Assembly: GCA_039033695.1 (NCBI GenBank)
Contig: JBCCCC010000002.1
Location: 20,569 to 84,568 of the forward strand
DNA from: Pseudomonadota bacterium
GTDB taxonomy: Bacteria; Pseudomonadota; Gammaproteobacteria; Steroidobacterales; Woeseiaceae
Direction of reading: 5' to 3'
Length of the DNA stretch: 64,000 bases
The notes beneath the pieces are model-generated. The model did not search any database. It saw nothing but the letters and a program-made list of their open reading frames with translations, and was not told the origin of the DNA. Below, one piece after another: positions 1-10,117 of the stretch; position 1 is the first letter of the stretch; each line of letters opens with the position of its first letter. The position numbers and the translations under genes were made by a program.

Positions 1-626
1 TGATCACGCCGGACGGCGAACGAACGATGCAAACCTACCTGGGCGCCTGCGTGGAAATCGCGACGTCGGATATCCGTGGAGACACGATCGGCAGCAACGA
101 TATCGTTCTGCTGGAAGGCTACGTCTGGGATACACCTGAAGGCCCGGCCGCCATGCGCGCAGCGATCGAGCTGGCCAAGGCTCAAGATAGTCAGATAGCG
201 TTGTCTTTGTCCGACTCGTTCTGCGTTGAGCGTCATCTGGCCGCATTCCGCGCGCTGGTCAATGGCGATGCCGACATCATCATCGGCAACGAAGCCGAAA
301 CGCTCGCACTGTTCAACGTGAACGACGTCGATACTGCACGCAAGGCTGCTGCCGCAAACGGCCGGCTGTTCGCCATGACTCGATCAGAGCATGGCTCAGA
401 GATTATTCACGGCGACGTGCACGTTCAGCAGCCCGCTGATCCAATTGAGAAGCTCGTTGACGCCACGGGCGCAGGTGACGCCTGGGTTGCCGGGTTCCTG
501 TATGGAATGACCCACGACATGCCGCTGGCCGTGAGCACTGGCCTCGCAACGCGATGCGCAACGCTCGCGGTCCAGAGAGTGGGCGCAAGACCGTCGCCTG
601 ACGAATTGCGCGCCCTGCTCGGCTAG
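1..626 (+). CDS. PfkB-family kinase, adenosine kinase-like (5' partial; frame is open to the window edge)
   Basis: C-terminal PfkB signature DATGAGDAWVAGFLYG. The frame is open upstream of the Met at 27 (..ITPDGERTMQTYLGA). Confidence 0.8.
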   Translation, partial: ITPDGERTMQTYLGACVEIATSDIRGDTIGSNDIVLLEGYVWDTPEGPAAMRAAIELAKAQDSQIALSLSDSFCVERHLAAFRALVNGDADIIIGNEAETLALFNVNDVDTARKAAAANGRLFAMTRSEHGSEIIHGDVHVQQPADPIEKLVDATGAGDAWVAGFLYGMTHDMPLAVSTGLATRCATLAVQRVGARPSPDELRALLG

Positions 627-630
627 CCCA

Positions 631-1512
631 TCAGTTAGCGATCGGGTGCCAGGTCGTCTTAGTCTCTTGCATGGATGCGATGTGGTAGACGCCCTCAGCG
701 TCGGCAGCTGACCAGTCGACACCCGTAACATCAATAACGCGCTTGATGTTCTCAGCGCCGTCGCGCTGCGCTTCGGCCGCCTGTTCCGCTGTTGCATCAG
801 CAATCAACAAGCCATTGACATCCATATGCTTGGCAAGATGCGGCAGCAACTCCTCAACCTGCCCTGTCAACAGGTTGACTACGCCAGCCGGCACATCTGA
901 CGCATGCAGCACCTCGGCAAAACTCATCGACGACAGCGGGTGTCGCTCTGGCGCCAGTGCAACAACGCAGTTACCACCGGCGATAACCGGTGCCAACATG
1001 GACACCAGCCCCAATAATCCGGGCGCAGACGGCGCCACAATACCGACCACGCCGGTCGGCTCGGGCACCGAAAAATTGAAATGCGACGACGCGACCGGAT
1101 TGATACTACTCAGCACCTGCACGTATTTGTCCGCCCAGCCCGCGTAGTGAATGAGGCGGTCAATGGTCTGGCTGACCTCATCCACCGCAACCGCAGCGCT
1201 CACGCCCTCGCGTTCGAGCTCCTCGTGGAACTGACGCGCACGCCCTTCTAGCATCTCAGCAATGCGGTACAGAATCTGACCACGCAGATAAGCGCTGGCC
1301 GATGACCAGCCTGGCGACGCTGCGCGCGCCGCGACCACCGCCGATCGAAGGTCCTTACGACTCGCTCTGCACACGTTGGCAATCACATCACCTGCCGAGT
1401 TGCGAAGCGCATTTGCGCGACCGGACTCCGTGCGCGGAAACTTGCCGCCAATGTATAACTTATAGGTCTTGGCCACCGGCAGACGACCCGTATCAGCATC
1501 GGTATTGCTCAT
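631..1512 (-). CDS. Aldehyde dehydrogenase-like protein lacking the catalytic domain (293 aa)
   Basis: ALDH N-terminal/NAD-binding motifs (YKLYIGGKF, TGVVGIVAPS, VPAGVVNLLTG) and an ALDH-type C-terminal tail (QETKTTW). No ELGGK, catalytic Cys or EEIFGPV segment. ATGA overlap with the upstream ALDH at 1509-1512. Confidence 0.75.
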   Translation of the reverse strand: MSNTDADTGRLPVAKTYKLYIGGKFPRTESGRANALRNSAGDVIANVCRASRKDLRSAVVAARAASPGWSSASAYLRGQILYRIAEMLEGRARQFHEELEREGVSAAVAVDEVSQTIDRLIHYAGWADKYVQVLSSINPVASSHFNFSVPEPTGVVGIVAPSAPGLLGLVSMLAPVIAGGNCVVALAPERHPLSSMSFAEVLHASDVPAGVVNLLTGQVEELLPHLAKHMDVNGLLIADATAEQAAEAQRDGAENIKRVIDVTGVDWSAADAEGVYHIASMQETKTTWHPIAN

Positions 1513-2990
1513 GACTGCATACCTCGACCCAAATCCAGGTAAGCCGCAAGCCCATGCAAGCCGCCCTCGCGACCCACGCCGCTTTCCTTATAGCCGCCGA
1601 ATGGCGACGTAGGATCAAATTTGTTAAACGTATTCGCCCAGACCACGCCGGCTCGCAGCTCACTGGTCATCTTGAAGATCCGCGCGCCTTTGTCTGTCCA
1701 CACGCCACCCGACAAGCCATACGGCGTGTTATTCGCCTTGTCGCGCGCCTCATTGAACGTTCGGAATGTTTGTACCGTCAACACGGGGCCGAAAATCTCT
1801 TCCTGCACCACACGATTCGACTGCGCGACATTGGTAAACAGCGTTGGGCGGCAATAGTAGCCGGTCTCTGGCGGCGTGTTCGCACCCTGCCAGAAATCTG
1901 CGCCCTCGCCGCGGCCAATGTCCAGATATTGCTCGATGCGCGCCAACTGTGCCGCACTGTTGATCGCGCCGATATCCGTGTTCTTGTCCAGCGGATCACC
2001 GACAATCAATGTGTCGATTCGCGCCTTGAGTTTCTCCAGCAGTTCTTCCGCAATAGCCTCGGAGACCAATAATCTGGAGCCCGCGCAACACACGTGCCCC
2101 TGGTTGAAAAAGATGCCGTTCACAATGCCCTCAACGGCCTGATCAACTGGCGCATCCTCAAAGACAATATTGGCGGCTTTGCCACCAAGTTCCAGTGTGT
2201 ACGGCGTGCCCGTGCCGGCAAGACTGCGCATGATTTGCCGGCCAACATTTGTCGAGCCGGTAAATGCGACTTTATCGATACCGGGGTGACCAAGCAGCGC
2301 CGCACCTGTATCGCCATCGCCCGTGACGATGTTGACCACACCTGCCGGCAAGCCGACATCCTGGCAAAGCTCTGCGAGCTTCAGCGCAGTTAGTGGCGTC
2401 GTCTCAGCGGGCTTTAGTACGACCGTATTGCCGGCGGCCAGCGCAGGCGCAATCTTCCATGCTGCCATGAGCAACGGAAAATTCCATGGAATAACCTGTG
2501 CAGCGACACCCAGCGGCGACGGCTGACAACCCGCAAACGCATAGTCGAGTTTGTCGGCCCAACCGGCATAGTAGAAAAAATGCGCAGATGCCAGTGGGAT
2601 GTCGATATCGCGCGATTCGCGAATGGGTTTGCCACCATCCAACGATTCGATGACAGCGAACTCTCGTGCGCGCTCCGCCAGTGCCCGGGCGATGCGAAAG
2701 ATATACTTGCCTCGCTCCGCGGCCGGCATTGGTGACCAGACGTTTTCATAAGCCTCGCGCGCCGCCGTGACTGCCCGATCGACATCGGACTCACCTGCGT
2801 CAGCGACTTGCGCCAATGGCTTCTCCGTCGCCGGGTTGATGGTGGCGAACGTCTGACCGGAGTCGGCCGGCGCGAATTCGCCGTTGATAAACAGCCCGTA
2901 GCGCTCATCCAACTGAATGTGATCCGTACTCTCCGGCGCCGGGCTGTACTGCCAGGCCTGTTCGAATGCAAGCGGATTGCTGCTGCTCAT
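1509..2990 (-). CDS. NAD(P)+-dependent aldehyde dehydrogenase (full length, 493 aa)
   Basis: Motifs VIPWNFPLLM, FTGSTNVGR, ELGGKAANIVF, FFNQGHVCCAGSR (catalytic Cys) and EEIFGPV. Confidence 0.9.
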   Translation of the reverse strand: MSSSNPLAFEQAWQYSPAPESTDHIQLDERYGLFINGEFAPADSGQTFATINPATEKPLAQVADAGESDVDRAVTAAREAYENVWSPMPAAERGKYIFRIARALAERAREFAVIESLDGGKPIRESRDIDIPLASAHFFYYAGWADKLDYAFAGCQPSPLGVAAQVIPWNFPLLMAAWKIAPALAAGNTVVLKPAETTPLTALKLAELCQDVGLPAGVVNIVTGDGDTGAALLGHPGIDKVAFTGSTNVGRQIMRSLAGTGTPYTLELGGKAANIVFEDAPVDQAVEGIVNGIFFNQGHVCCAGSRLLVSEAIAEELLEKLKARIDTLIVGDPLDKNTDIGAINSAAQLARIEQYLDIGRGEGADFWQGANTPPETGYYCRPTLFTNVAQSNRVVQEEIFGPVLTVQTFRTFNEARDKANNTPYGLSGGVWTDKGARIFKMTSELRAGVVWANTFNKFDPTSPFGGYKESGVGREGGLHGLAAYLDLGRGMQS

Positions 2991-2993
2991 GGC

Positions 2994-3902
2994 TCAGTCC
3001 TTGGAAAAATAATCGGCAGACTGGTAATGACCGGTCTGTTGTTTAACTAGTTGCATCAACACATCGTTAGCAAGCGAGCTTGCACCAAACCGAAACCACG
3101 TGTTGTTCATCCAAGCCGGACCTAGCGTTTCATTGACCATCACAAGGTAGTGCAATGCCAGCTTTGCGTCCGATATGCCGCCAGCAGGTTTCATACCAAC
3201 CATGCGCCCCGTTTTTCGGAAATGATCCGCAATAACTTGCAGCATGACCAATGTGACCGGCATGGTCGCCGCCGGTTGAATCTTGCCGGTCGAGGTCTTG
3301 ATGAAATCTGCACCCGCGGCAATCGCCAGTACGCTCGCCTGCTTGACGCGATCCAACGACCCCAACTCGCCCGTCTCGAGAATCACCTTCAAGTGGGCAT
3401 CACCACAAGCTTGTTTGACCGCGACGATTTCATCAAACACGGTTTGATAGTCGCCAGCGAGAAATGCACCACGGGCAATCACCATATCAATCTCATCAGC
3501 GCCGGCGTCAACGGCAGCGCGCGTATCGTCAAGCTTGACCTGCAATGGCGCCTGGCCACTGGGAAATGCCGTCGACACCGATGCCACATTGATGCCGCTG
3601 TCGCCCAGCGCTTCGCGTGCGACCGCAACCATCGTCGGATACACACAAACAGCAGCCACATTCGGCAGATCCGGCAAGCGATCGTGCAAATGCTGGGCTT
3701 TGGCACACAGCTGGCGCACCTTGCCGGGTGTATCGGCACCCTCGAGCGTCGTCAGGTCGATCATTGACAAGGTCAACTTCAGCCCCTGGATTTTTGCGTC
3801 CTTTTTGATCGATCGGCTACGAAAACGCGCGCAGCGCTCGTCGACACCGACGGTATCGACAGGCGCAACGCGAGACAGGTCAGGCAGGCGCAGGTCAGTC
3901 AC
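2994..3902 (-). CDS. deoC: Deoxyribose-phosphate aldolase, long form
   Basis: [11 protein letters not shown] and [11 protein letters not shown] (Schiff-base Lys region). GTG start that overlaps the deoD stop by 8 nt. Confidence 0.85.
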   Translation of the reverse strand: MTDLRLPDLSRVAPVDTVGVDERCARFRSRSIKKDAKIQGLKLTLSMIDLTTLEGADTPGKVRQLCAKAQHLHDRLPDLPNVAAVCVYPTMVAVAREALGDSGINVASVSTAFPSGQAPLQVKLDDTRAAVDAGADEIDMVIARGAFLAGDYQTVFDEIVAVKQACGDAHLKVILETGELGSLDRVKQASVLAIAAGADFIKTSTGKIQPAATMPVTLVMLQVIADHFRKTGRMVGMKPAGGISDAKLALHYLVMVNETLGPAWMNNTWFRFGASSLANDVLMQLVKQQTGHYQSADYFSKD

Positions 3903-4608
3903 ACGCGAGTACCGTATCCAAAGCGACTTTGATCATGTCATCGAACGTCGATGCGCGTTCGTCCGAAGTCAGTGCATCGCCAGATCGGATGTCATCACTT
4001 ACCGTACAAATTGCAAGCGCGGCCACGCCATGTTCCGCGCAGATGGGATACAACCCGGCGGCCTCCATTTCAACCCCGAGAATGTCAAACTTGGCCATCG
4101 TATCGAACATATCGAAATCCGGTGTATAGAACAGATCCGCGGAGAACAGATTGCCAACGTGGTAGCTGATGTCGTGGGCCGCGGCTGAATCTACCGCGGT
4201 GCGCAGCAGGTCGAAATCCGCGATGGCCGCGTAATCATAGCCGCCGAAGCGCATGCGATTGACGTTCGAATCGGTGCATGCACCGGCCCCAATAATGACG
4301 TCCCGCAGCGCGGTCTTGGCATTCACTGTCCCGCAACTCCCAACTCGAATGATGCGCTTGACGTCGTATTCTGTGACCAGCTCAGTCACATAAATCGAGA
4401 CGCTAGGGATACCCATACCGTGGGCCATGACAGACACAGGCTTGCCCTTGTAGGAACCAGTGAAGCCCAGCATGTTGCGTACATTCGTGACTTCCCGGGC
4501 ATCATCCAGATAGGTATCGGCGATGTACTTTGCTCGCAGCGGATCGCCTGGCATTAGTACGCTTGGCGCGAAGTCGCCGTCGGAGGCGTTCATATGTTTG
4601 GTTGCCAT
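3895..4608 (-). CDS. deoD: Purine nucleoside phosphorylase, DeoD type
   Basis: Closely resembles E. coli DeoD from [30 protein letters not shown] onward. I placed the start at the ATG at 4608; the tracked ORF extends a further 25 codons upstream. Confidence 0.9.
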   Translation of the reverse strand: MATKHMNASDGDFAPSVLMPGDPLRAKYIADTYLDDAREVTNVRNMLGFTGSYKGKPVSVMAHGMGIPSVSIYVTELVTEYDVKRIIRVGSCGTVNAKTALRDVIIGAGACTDSNVNRMRFGGYDYAAIADFDLLRTAVDSAAAHDISYHVGNLFSADLFYTPDFDMFDTMAKFDILGVEMEAAGLYPICAEHGVAALAICTVSDDIRSGDALTSDERASTFDDMIKVALDTVLACD

Positions 4609-4825
4609 TGGCCTTTTGCTCGTAATCGGTACGGGTAGCCATGATACACGCAGGGCAAACAATCGGCAGCAGCTGCCACGCAAATCAAGGCACGATGGCC
4701 GGCTCTTATCGGCGCTTCTGCGTATCGCAACGATTCTAGCGACAGCTCAGCCGGCCGAGTCGGTAGCCCGCGATCGCACCCAATCTCGGCTACAATTGTC
4801 ATTTGCAGCAAAAGGCAGGATCCCA

Positions 4826-6232
4826 ATGACAAGAAAGCTCATCGCAGTGTTCGTCATCATGATTAGCACAACCGGCTGCCATACGAGTGACTCAGCTGAC
4901 GCCGACCAACGTCTCGCAATCGACCTGATTATCGAGGGCGATCATGTACTGACAATGGCAGGGCCTAGCATCGAGAATGGCGCCGTGGCGATTGATGATG
5001 GTGAAATCCTTGCGGTGGCGGGCGCGGACGAGATCAACGATAGGTTCAGGGCGGACGAGACGCTGCCGGGCGCCGGCAGAATCGTGATGCCTGGACTCGT
5101 CAACGGCCATACCCACGCAGCGATGTCGCTGCTTCGCGGTATCGCCGATGATCTGGAGCTCATGCAATGGCTCAACGAGTTCATCTTTCCGGCTGAGGTT
5201 CGCTTCGTTGACGAGGAATTCGTTGCTGTTGGCACGCGCCTGGCATGTTGGGAGATGATTCGCGGTGGGACTACCAGTTTTGTCGACATGTATTACTTTC
5301 CGGACGCGGTAGCCGAGACCGTCGTCGACTGCGGTCTGCGGGCCGTCGTCGTGCCCTCTGTCATCGAGCAAAAGAGCCCGGATGCGCAGAATGGCGATCA
5401 GTCTCTAACGCAGGCCGAGGACTTTGCGCGGCGCTGGCGCGACAAGCATCCGCGCATCATTCCCGCCATCGGTGCCCACTCGGTCTACACAATCAGCGAA
5501 GCGGGTCTTGCGCGTATTCAGTCGTCAGCCGCGACGCTCGGCGTCCCTGTCAGCATTCACGTGTCGGAATCGCGCGCGGAAATCGACGCCACGCGTGCCC
5601 AATATGAGCGCACACCAGTGGAACTACTGCATAGCCTCGGCTATTTCAACGGTCCATTGATTGCCGCGCACATGGTCTATCCGACAAGCGATGACATCGC
5701 TTTGCTGGCCAAGAAGCGCGTCGGCGTTGTGCACAATCCGACATCGAATATGAAACTCGCCTCAGGTGTATCGCCGGTCGATAGCATGCTGGATGCCGGC
5801 GTTCTGGTCGGCCTTGGCACTGACGGTGCGGCCAGCAATAACGATCTCGACATGTGGGAAGAGATACGCCTGGCGTCATTTCTGGCCAAGGTTACGAGCG
5901 ACGACCCGACCGCATTACCGGCCGCTACGGTGCTTGAAATGGCAACGATTGGGGGTGCCCGGGCTATCGGTCTGGCGGACAGCGTTGGCAGCCTCGAACC
6001 TGGAAAACGCGCAGACCTGATTCAGATCGACACCTCGTCGTTGTCACAAGCGCCCGTCTATCGGCCACTGTCGCATTTGGCCTATGTGGCCGATGAACAC
6101 GATGTCGTAACCACGGTCGTCGATGGTCAGGTCCTGATGCGAGACCGCCAGGTGCTGACGATTGATGCAGACGTGCTTCGCGACGACGTCGATCGCATCA
6201 GCCGACGCATTGCCGACGCGCTCGTGAACTAG
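4826..6232 (+). CDS. Amidohydrolase of the MtaD/Tm0936-like nucleoside deaminase group, with a predicted lipoprotein signal peptide
   Basis: HTHAAMSLLRGIADDLELMQWL metal-binding motif, plus later HVSES and GTDGAASNN motifs. N-terminus MTRKLIAVFVIMISTTGC preceded by AGGA. The tracked ORF start at 4523 lies antisense within deoD. Confidence 0.8.
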   Translation: MTRKLIAVFVIMISTTGCHTSDSADADQRLAIDLIIEGDHVLTMAGPSIENGAVAIDDGEILAVAGADEINDRFRADETLPGAGRIVMPGLVNGHTHAAMSLLRGIADDLELMQWLNEFIFPAEVRFVDEEFVAVGTRLACWEMIRGGTTSFVDMYYFPDAVAETVVDCGLRAVVVPSVIEQKSPDAQNGDQSLTQAEDFARRWRDKHPRIIPAIGAHSVYTISEAGLARIQSSAATLGVPVSIHVSESRAEIDATRAQYERTPVELLHSLGYFNGPLIAAHMVYPTSDDIALLAKKRVGVVHNPTSNMKLASGVSPVDSMLDAGVLVGLGTDGAASNNDLDMWEEIRLASFLAKVTSDDPTALPAATVLEMATIGGARAIGLADSVGSLEPGKRADLIQIDTSSLSQAPVYRPLSHLAYVADEHDVVTTVVDGQVLMRDRQVLTIDADVLRDDVDRISRRIADALVN

Positions 6233-6274
6233 GAAATTGGCCGCACGCGCCGGCCAACCGGCGCCGCGCCGCGG

Positions 6275-7498
6275 TCATGCCGCCGCAAGAAACGAGGCGC
6301 CGTAGTCCAGCCGCGGCAAATCAAAGTACACGGCCAAAGTCTGCCCAATATCTGCAAAGCTATCGCGCAAGCCGATGCTGCCGTTGGGTATACCACCGCC
6401 GACCGCGAGCACGGGAATATGTTCGCGGGTGTGATCGCTGCCAGGCCAGGTTGGGTCACAACCATGATCCGCACACAAGATCATTAAGTCGTCAGCAGAC
6501 ATTGCCGCGCGTAGTTCCGGCAATCTCGCATCAAACGCTTCAAGCGCAGTCGCGTAACCTTCGACATCGCGGCGGTGACCATAAAGCATGTCAAAGTCGA
6601 CCAAATTGGTGAACACGATGGAGCGATCGCCGGCCGTTTGCATTGCCTGCAGCGTCGCATCGATCAATGCCTCGTTCCCAGTCGCCTTGATCTTCCGACT
6701 GATGCCTTGATGCGCAAATATGTCACTGATTTTGCCAACGCTGATCACCTCACCGCCCGCCGTGACTAACTGATCCAGTACCGTCGGTGCATGCGGCGGC
6801 ACCGTCAGATCACGACGATTGCCGGTTCGCACATAGCTACTGGCATCATCGCCGACAAACGGGCGCGCGATGACACGCCCGATCTTGTACTCGTCAACCA
6901 GCTCACGCGCTAAGGCTGAAATCTCGTACAACCGCTCGAGGCCAAAGTGCTCCTCGTGCGCCGCGATCTGGAACACACTGTCGGCCGACGTATAGACAAT
7001 CGGCTTGCCGCTACGGCAATGCTCATCGCCCAATTCAGCAATAATGGTCGTTCCTGAGGCGTGGCAATTGCCCAACACACCAGGCAACCCGGCACGGTCG
7101 ATGAATGCATCGAGCAACGCGTCGGGAAACGACCGCTCGCGATCACTGAAATAGCCCCAATCAAACAGCACCGGCACGCCCGCGATCTCCCAGTGCCCAG
7201 ACGGCGTGTCCTTGCCACTGCTCAATTCACGCGCACCGCCAAATGCGCCGACCAGCTTGCTATCAGACACTTCGCCATCTGGCCACTGACCGCTCGCTTG
7301 CCGGGCCGCATGCATCAGGCCCATTGCGGTCAAGTTCGGCAACGTCAATGGTTGCGCGCGCTCGCCACGCTCAAACGCAGCACGGCAGTGTCTTGCAATG
7401 CTGCCGAGCGTGTCCGCGCCGACATCACCAAAGCGATCCGCATCGGGCGTGGCGCCAATGCCAAAAGAATCCAGGACGATGATGGTTGCTCTGCGCAT
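6275..7498 (-). CDS. deoB: Phosphopentomutase
   Basis: [35 protein letters not shown] matches the DeoB N-terminus. [21 protein letters not shown] near the C-terminus. Confidence 0.9.
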   Translation of the reverse strand: MRRATIIVLDSFGIGATPDADRFGDVGADTLGSIARHCRAAFERGERAQPLTLPNLTAMGLMHAARQASGQWPDGEVSDSKLVGAFGGARELSSGKDTPSGHWEIAGVPVLFDWGYFSDRERSFPDALLDAFIDRAGLPGVLGNCHASGTTIIAELGDEHCRSGKPIVYTSADSVFQIAAHEEHFGLERLYEISALARELVDEYKIGRVIARPFVGDDASSYVRTGNRRDLTVPPHAPTVLDQLVTAGGEVISVGKISDIFAHQGISRKIKATGNEALIDATLQAMQTAGDRSIVFTNLVDFDMLYGHRRDVEGYATALEAFDARLPELRAAMSADDLMILCADHGCDPTWPGSDHTREHIPVLAVGGGIPNGSIGLRDSFADIGQTLAVYFDLPRLDYGASFLAAA

Positions 7499-7658
7499 AG
7501 TTACTCCCGTCAACCTGCAGTCGCGCTGTGCGCGGAAAACTCGCATAATAGTCGGCTGAATAGGCGCTCACCGCAACTTCAACCCGTGTTCGGCGCGCCC
7601 GGCTGCAGACAACTGAGACAATCGATTAGCGCCGACAATCCGGCGATAAGGCTTTCGC

Positions 7659-8921
7659 ATGACCCAGACTGAACGAGAATTTGACGTCATTATACTTGGT
7701 GCGACCGGGTTTACCGGCCGTCTGGTCGCAGAACATTTGCTCTCAACCTATGGCGTCGACGGTCCGTTGCGATGGGCCATCGCCGGTCGCAGCGAAGAGA
7801 AACTGACCGCGATCCGTGACCAGTTGGGCAAGAAGGCGCGCAAGCTGGCGATCCTGGTCGCGGACAGCCATGACCCGCAATCCTTGCGCGAGCTTGCCGT
7901 GCGCACCAAAGTGATCGCAACTACCGTGGGACCCTATGCCCTGCATGGCAGCGATCTGGTTGCTGCCTGTGCGCGCAACGGCACGCACTATTGCGACCTT
8001 GCTGGCGAAGTACCCTGGATGCGACGAATGATCGACGCCCATCACGCAACGGCCAAGCGGTCAGGTGCATTGATTGTGCATTGTTGCGGCTTCGACTCAA
8101 TACCTTCGGATCTCGGCGTATGGTTTATGCAGAAGGAGGCGCAAGCACGGTTTGGCCAACCGTTGCAGCGGGTCCACTACTATCTCAAGGCAGCCAGTGG
8201 CGGTCTGAGTGGGGGCACTGCAGCCAGCATGATGGAGGTCGCCGGTGAGGCGCAGCGCGACCGGCGCGTGCTTAAGCTGTTGGCCGACCCGTATGCTTTG
8301 AACCCGCGTGCGTCGCGCCGCGGTGACGACCGCGCCGATGCGCTCGGGATAAGCAAAGACGAATTACTGGACGCCTGGGTCGCCCCGTTTTTGATGGCGG
8401 GCATCAACACGCGCGTGGTGCGTCGCACAAATGCCTTACTAGGCAACGCTTACGGCGACGATTTCCGATACGCCGAATTCACGGCTGCCGGCAGCGGCCT
8501 GGTCGGACTTGCCAAGGCTGCGGCGATAAGTGGCGGCATGGGCGCGCTCATGGTCGGTGCGGCGTTGCCACCTACCCGCGCACTGCTACGCCGCTTCGTA
8601 TTCCCCCAACAAGGAGACGGTCCGAACGCCGAAGAGCGCAAGCGTGGCTTCTTCAAGATTGAGCTGGCAGGTATCGACAGCGAAGGTCGCATCTTGCGCG
8701 GCACCGCCACCGGCAAGCGCGACCCCGGCTACGGATGCACCAGCCGCATGCTTGGGGAGTCAGCCGTTTGCCTGGCGAATCTGGCCACGCGCCACCCTGA
8801 CGACCCCGGCGGCTTTTCGACGCCCGCAGCCGCGATGGGCGATGCGCTGGTCGAACGACTGGCGCGCAATGCCGATGTCAGCTTCCAAATCACAGGCACC
8901 GAAGATCTGGCGCTGGATTAG
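7659..8921 (+). CDS. Saccharopine dehydrogenase-like NAD(P)-binding oxidoreductase
   Basis: N-terminal Rossmann motif FDVIILGATGFTGRLVAEHL. Length of about 420 aa is typical of the family. Confidence 0.75.
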   Translation: MTQTEREFDVIILGATGFTGRLVAEHLLSTYGVDGPLRWAIAGRSEEKLTAIRDQLGKKARKLAILVADSHDPQSLRELAVRTKVIATTVGPYALHGSDLVAACARNGTHYCDLAGEVPWMRRMIDAHHATAKRSGALIVHCCGFDSIPSDLGVWFMQKEAQARFGQPLQRVHYYLKAASGGLSGGTAASMMEVAGEAQRDRRVLKLLADPYALNPRASRRGDDRADALGISKDELLDAWVAPFLMAGINTRVVRRTNALLGNAYGDDFRYAEFTAAGSGLVGLAKAAAISGGMGALMVGAALPPTRALLRRFVFPQQGDGPNAEERKRGFFKIELAGIDSEGRILRGTATGKRDPGYGCTSRMLGESAVCLANLATRHPDDPGGFSTPAAAMGDALVERLARNADVSFQITGTEDLALD

Positions 8922-8929
8922 ACTGCCGT

Positions 8930-10117
8930 CTAACCGGTCGCGTGCAGCAGGTTTTCTGTTTGCGTCTGGCTGTCGGCAACACTGACCTTGAACGGCTTGC
9001 TCAGATTGCCCTCCTCATAGAAGCGGTTAAGATGCTCGAGAATCGCATCGGTGACCTCCTGCCCTTCGCACACAAGCAAACTACCGAAATCGCTTGCGAC
9101 ATCTTGCTCTATGCGCATGCCCACCGCTAACTCTGGCGGCGTCAACGTACGACTGGACAATCTGGCGCTGGTCGGCGGACGTGCGCCCAACATCTGCAGC
9201 ATGCGCGGATCAAATTGCTGACGCCGCGAACGCAACTCCTCGTACAGCTCCTCCTCGTCATAGCCGCGTGATCGCAACGCATCATGTGCCAGGACGAAGT
9301 GCAATGCGCGCGCGCCCAGCGGTATCGCCTCGGCTTTAACCGCATCCACAGGATAACCGCCGCCATCGTAATGCTTATGCTGATAGGCAACGATCTTCGC
9401 GACCTGCTCCATGCGTGGGACGTTTTCCAACAACGCTGCCGCGCGGGTCGCCGATGCCTCGTATTGCGTTTGTTCGCTCTCGGTGAGTATCTCTCCGGCA
9501 TTTACCTTCAGTTGCAACTCCATCGGGATGGTCAGACTGCCCAATTGTGACAACATCGTCGCGGTTTCGATTTCCCACCGTTCTGTGGCCGTCAAGTCGT
9601 CGCGATCCTCAACCAACTGCGCCACTCGCATCTTCAACCGGCAAGTGCGCCCAAACGCTTCAGGCCGCGCCAGCGACAACAACTCGGTCAATACCGCAAG
9701 ACTACCCTTTAGGGTTTGCTCCATGAGTTCTTGTTCGGCCGTTTGCAGTTGGTATTGGCGCAAGCCTTGGTGGACCACCTGACGCAACACGCCGATATCA
9801 CATGGCTTGGTCAGGAATCGAAACACCTCGCCGTCATTCACGGCGGCCATTGCCGTTTCCTGGTCAGAGTTACCCGTGAGCATCACGCGCACCGAGTCCG
9901 GTGAAAGCTGCTTGGCCGCTTGCAGAAAATCTACGCCACTCATGCCCGGCATGCGCATGTCGGAGACAATCATTGCAAAGGATGCCTCGGCATGGATGGC
10001 TTGCAGCCCGGCCTCAGGTCCAACGGCGGTCACCACGTCAAAGTCCTTTCGAATCGCCCGCTTGATTGCCTGCAGAATATTCGGCTCATCATCAACAAAT
10101 AGTACGCGCCGGTTCAT
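8930..10117 (-). CDS. Response regulator: REC domain plus degenerate HD-GYP-like output domain
   Basis: REC motifs FVDDEP, IVSDMRMPGMSG and FLTKP. Output domain retains YQHKHYDGGGYP and IPLGARAL, but LSQLGS replaces the HD dyad. The ATG at 10117 overlaps the upstream stop (ATGA). Confidence 0.8.
   Translation of the reverse strand: MNRRVLFVDDEPNILQAIKRAIRKDFDVVTAVGPEAGLQAIHAEASFAMIVSDMRMPGMSGVDFLQAAKQLSPDSVRVMLTGNSDQETAMAAVNDGEVFRFLTKPCDIGVLRQVVHQGLRQYQLQTAEQELMEQTLKGSLAVLTELLSLARPEAFGRTCRLKMRVAQLVEDRDDLTATERWEIETATMLSQLGSLTIPMELQLKVNAGEILTESEQTQYEASATRAAALLENVPRMEQVAKIVAYQHKHYDGGGYPVDAVKAEAIPLGARALHFVLAHDALRSRGYDEEELYEELRSRRQQFDPRMLQMLGARPPTSARLSSRTLTPPELAVGMRIEQDVASDFGSLLVCEGQEVTDAILEHLNRFYEEGNLSKPFKVSVADSQTQTENLLHATG

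Noticed and set aside
4523-4825. N-terminal extensions of tracked ORFs. Examples are the amidohydrolase from 4523, deoD to 4683, deoB to 7546, dps from 23452, MetX-like to 57543, guaB to 54122, der to 60320, dnaX to 47526 and ppsR to 38484.
   Set aside because: The extensions run into neighbouring genes or the SRP RNA. They lack similarity to the known N-termini of these families, and internal ATGs align exactly with the canonical N-termini.
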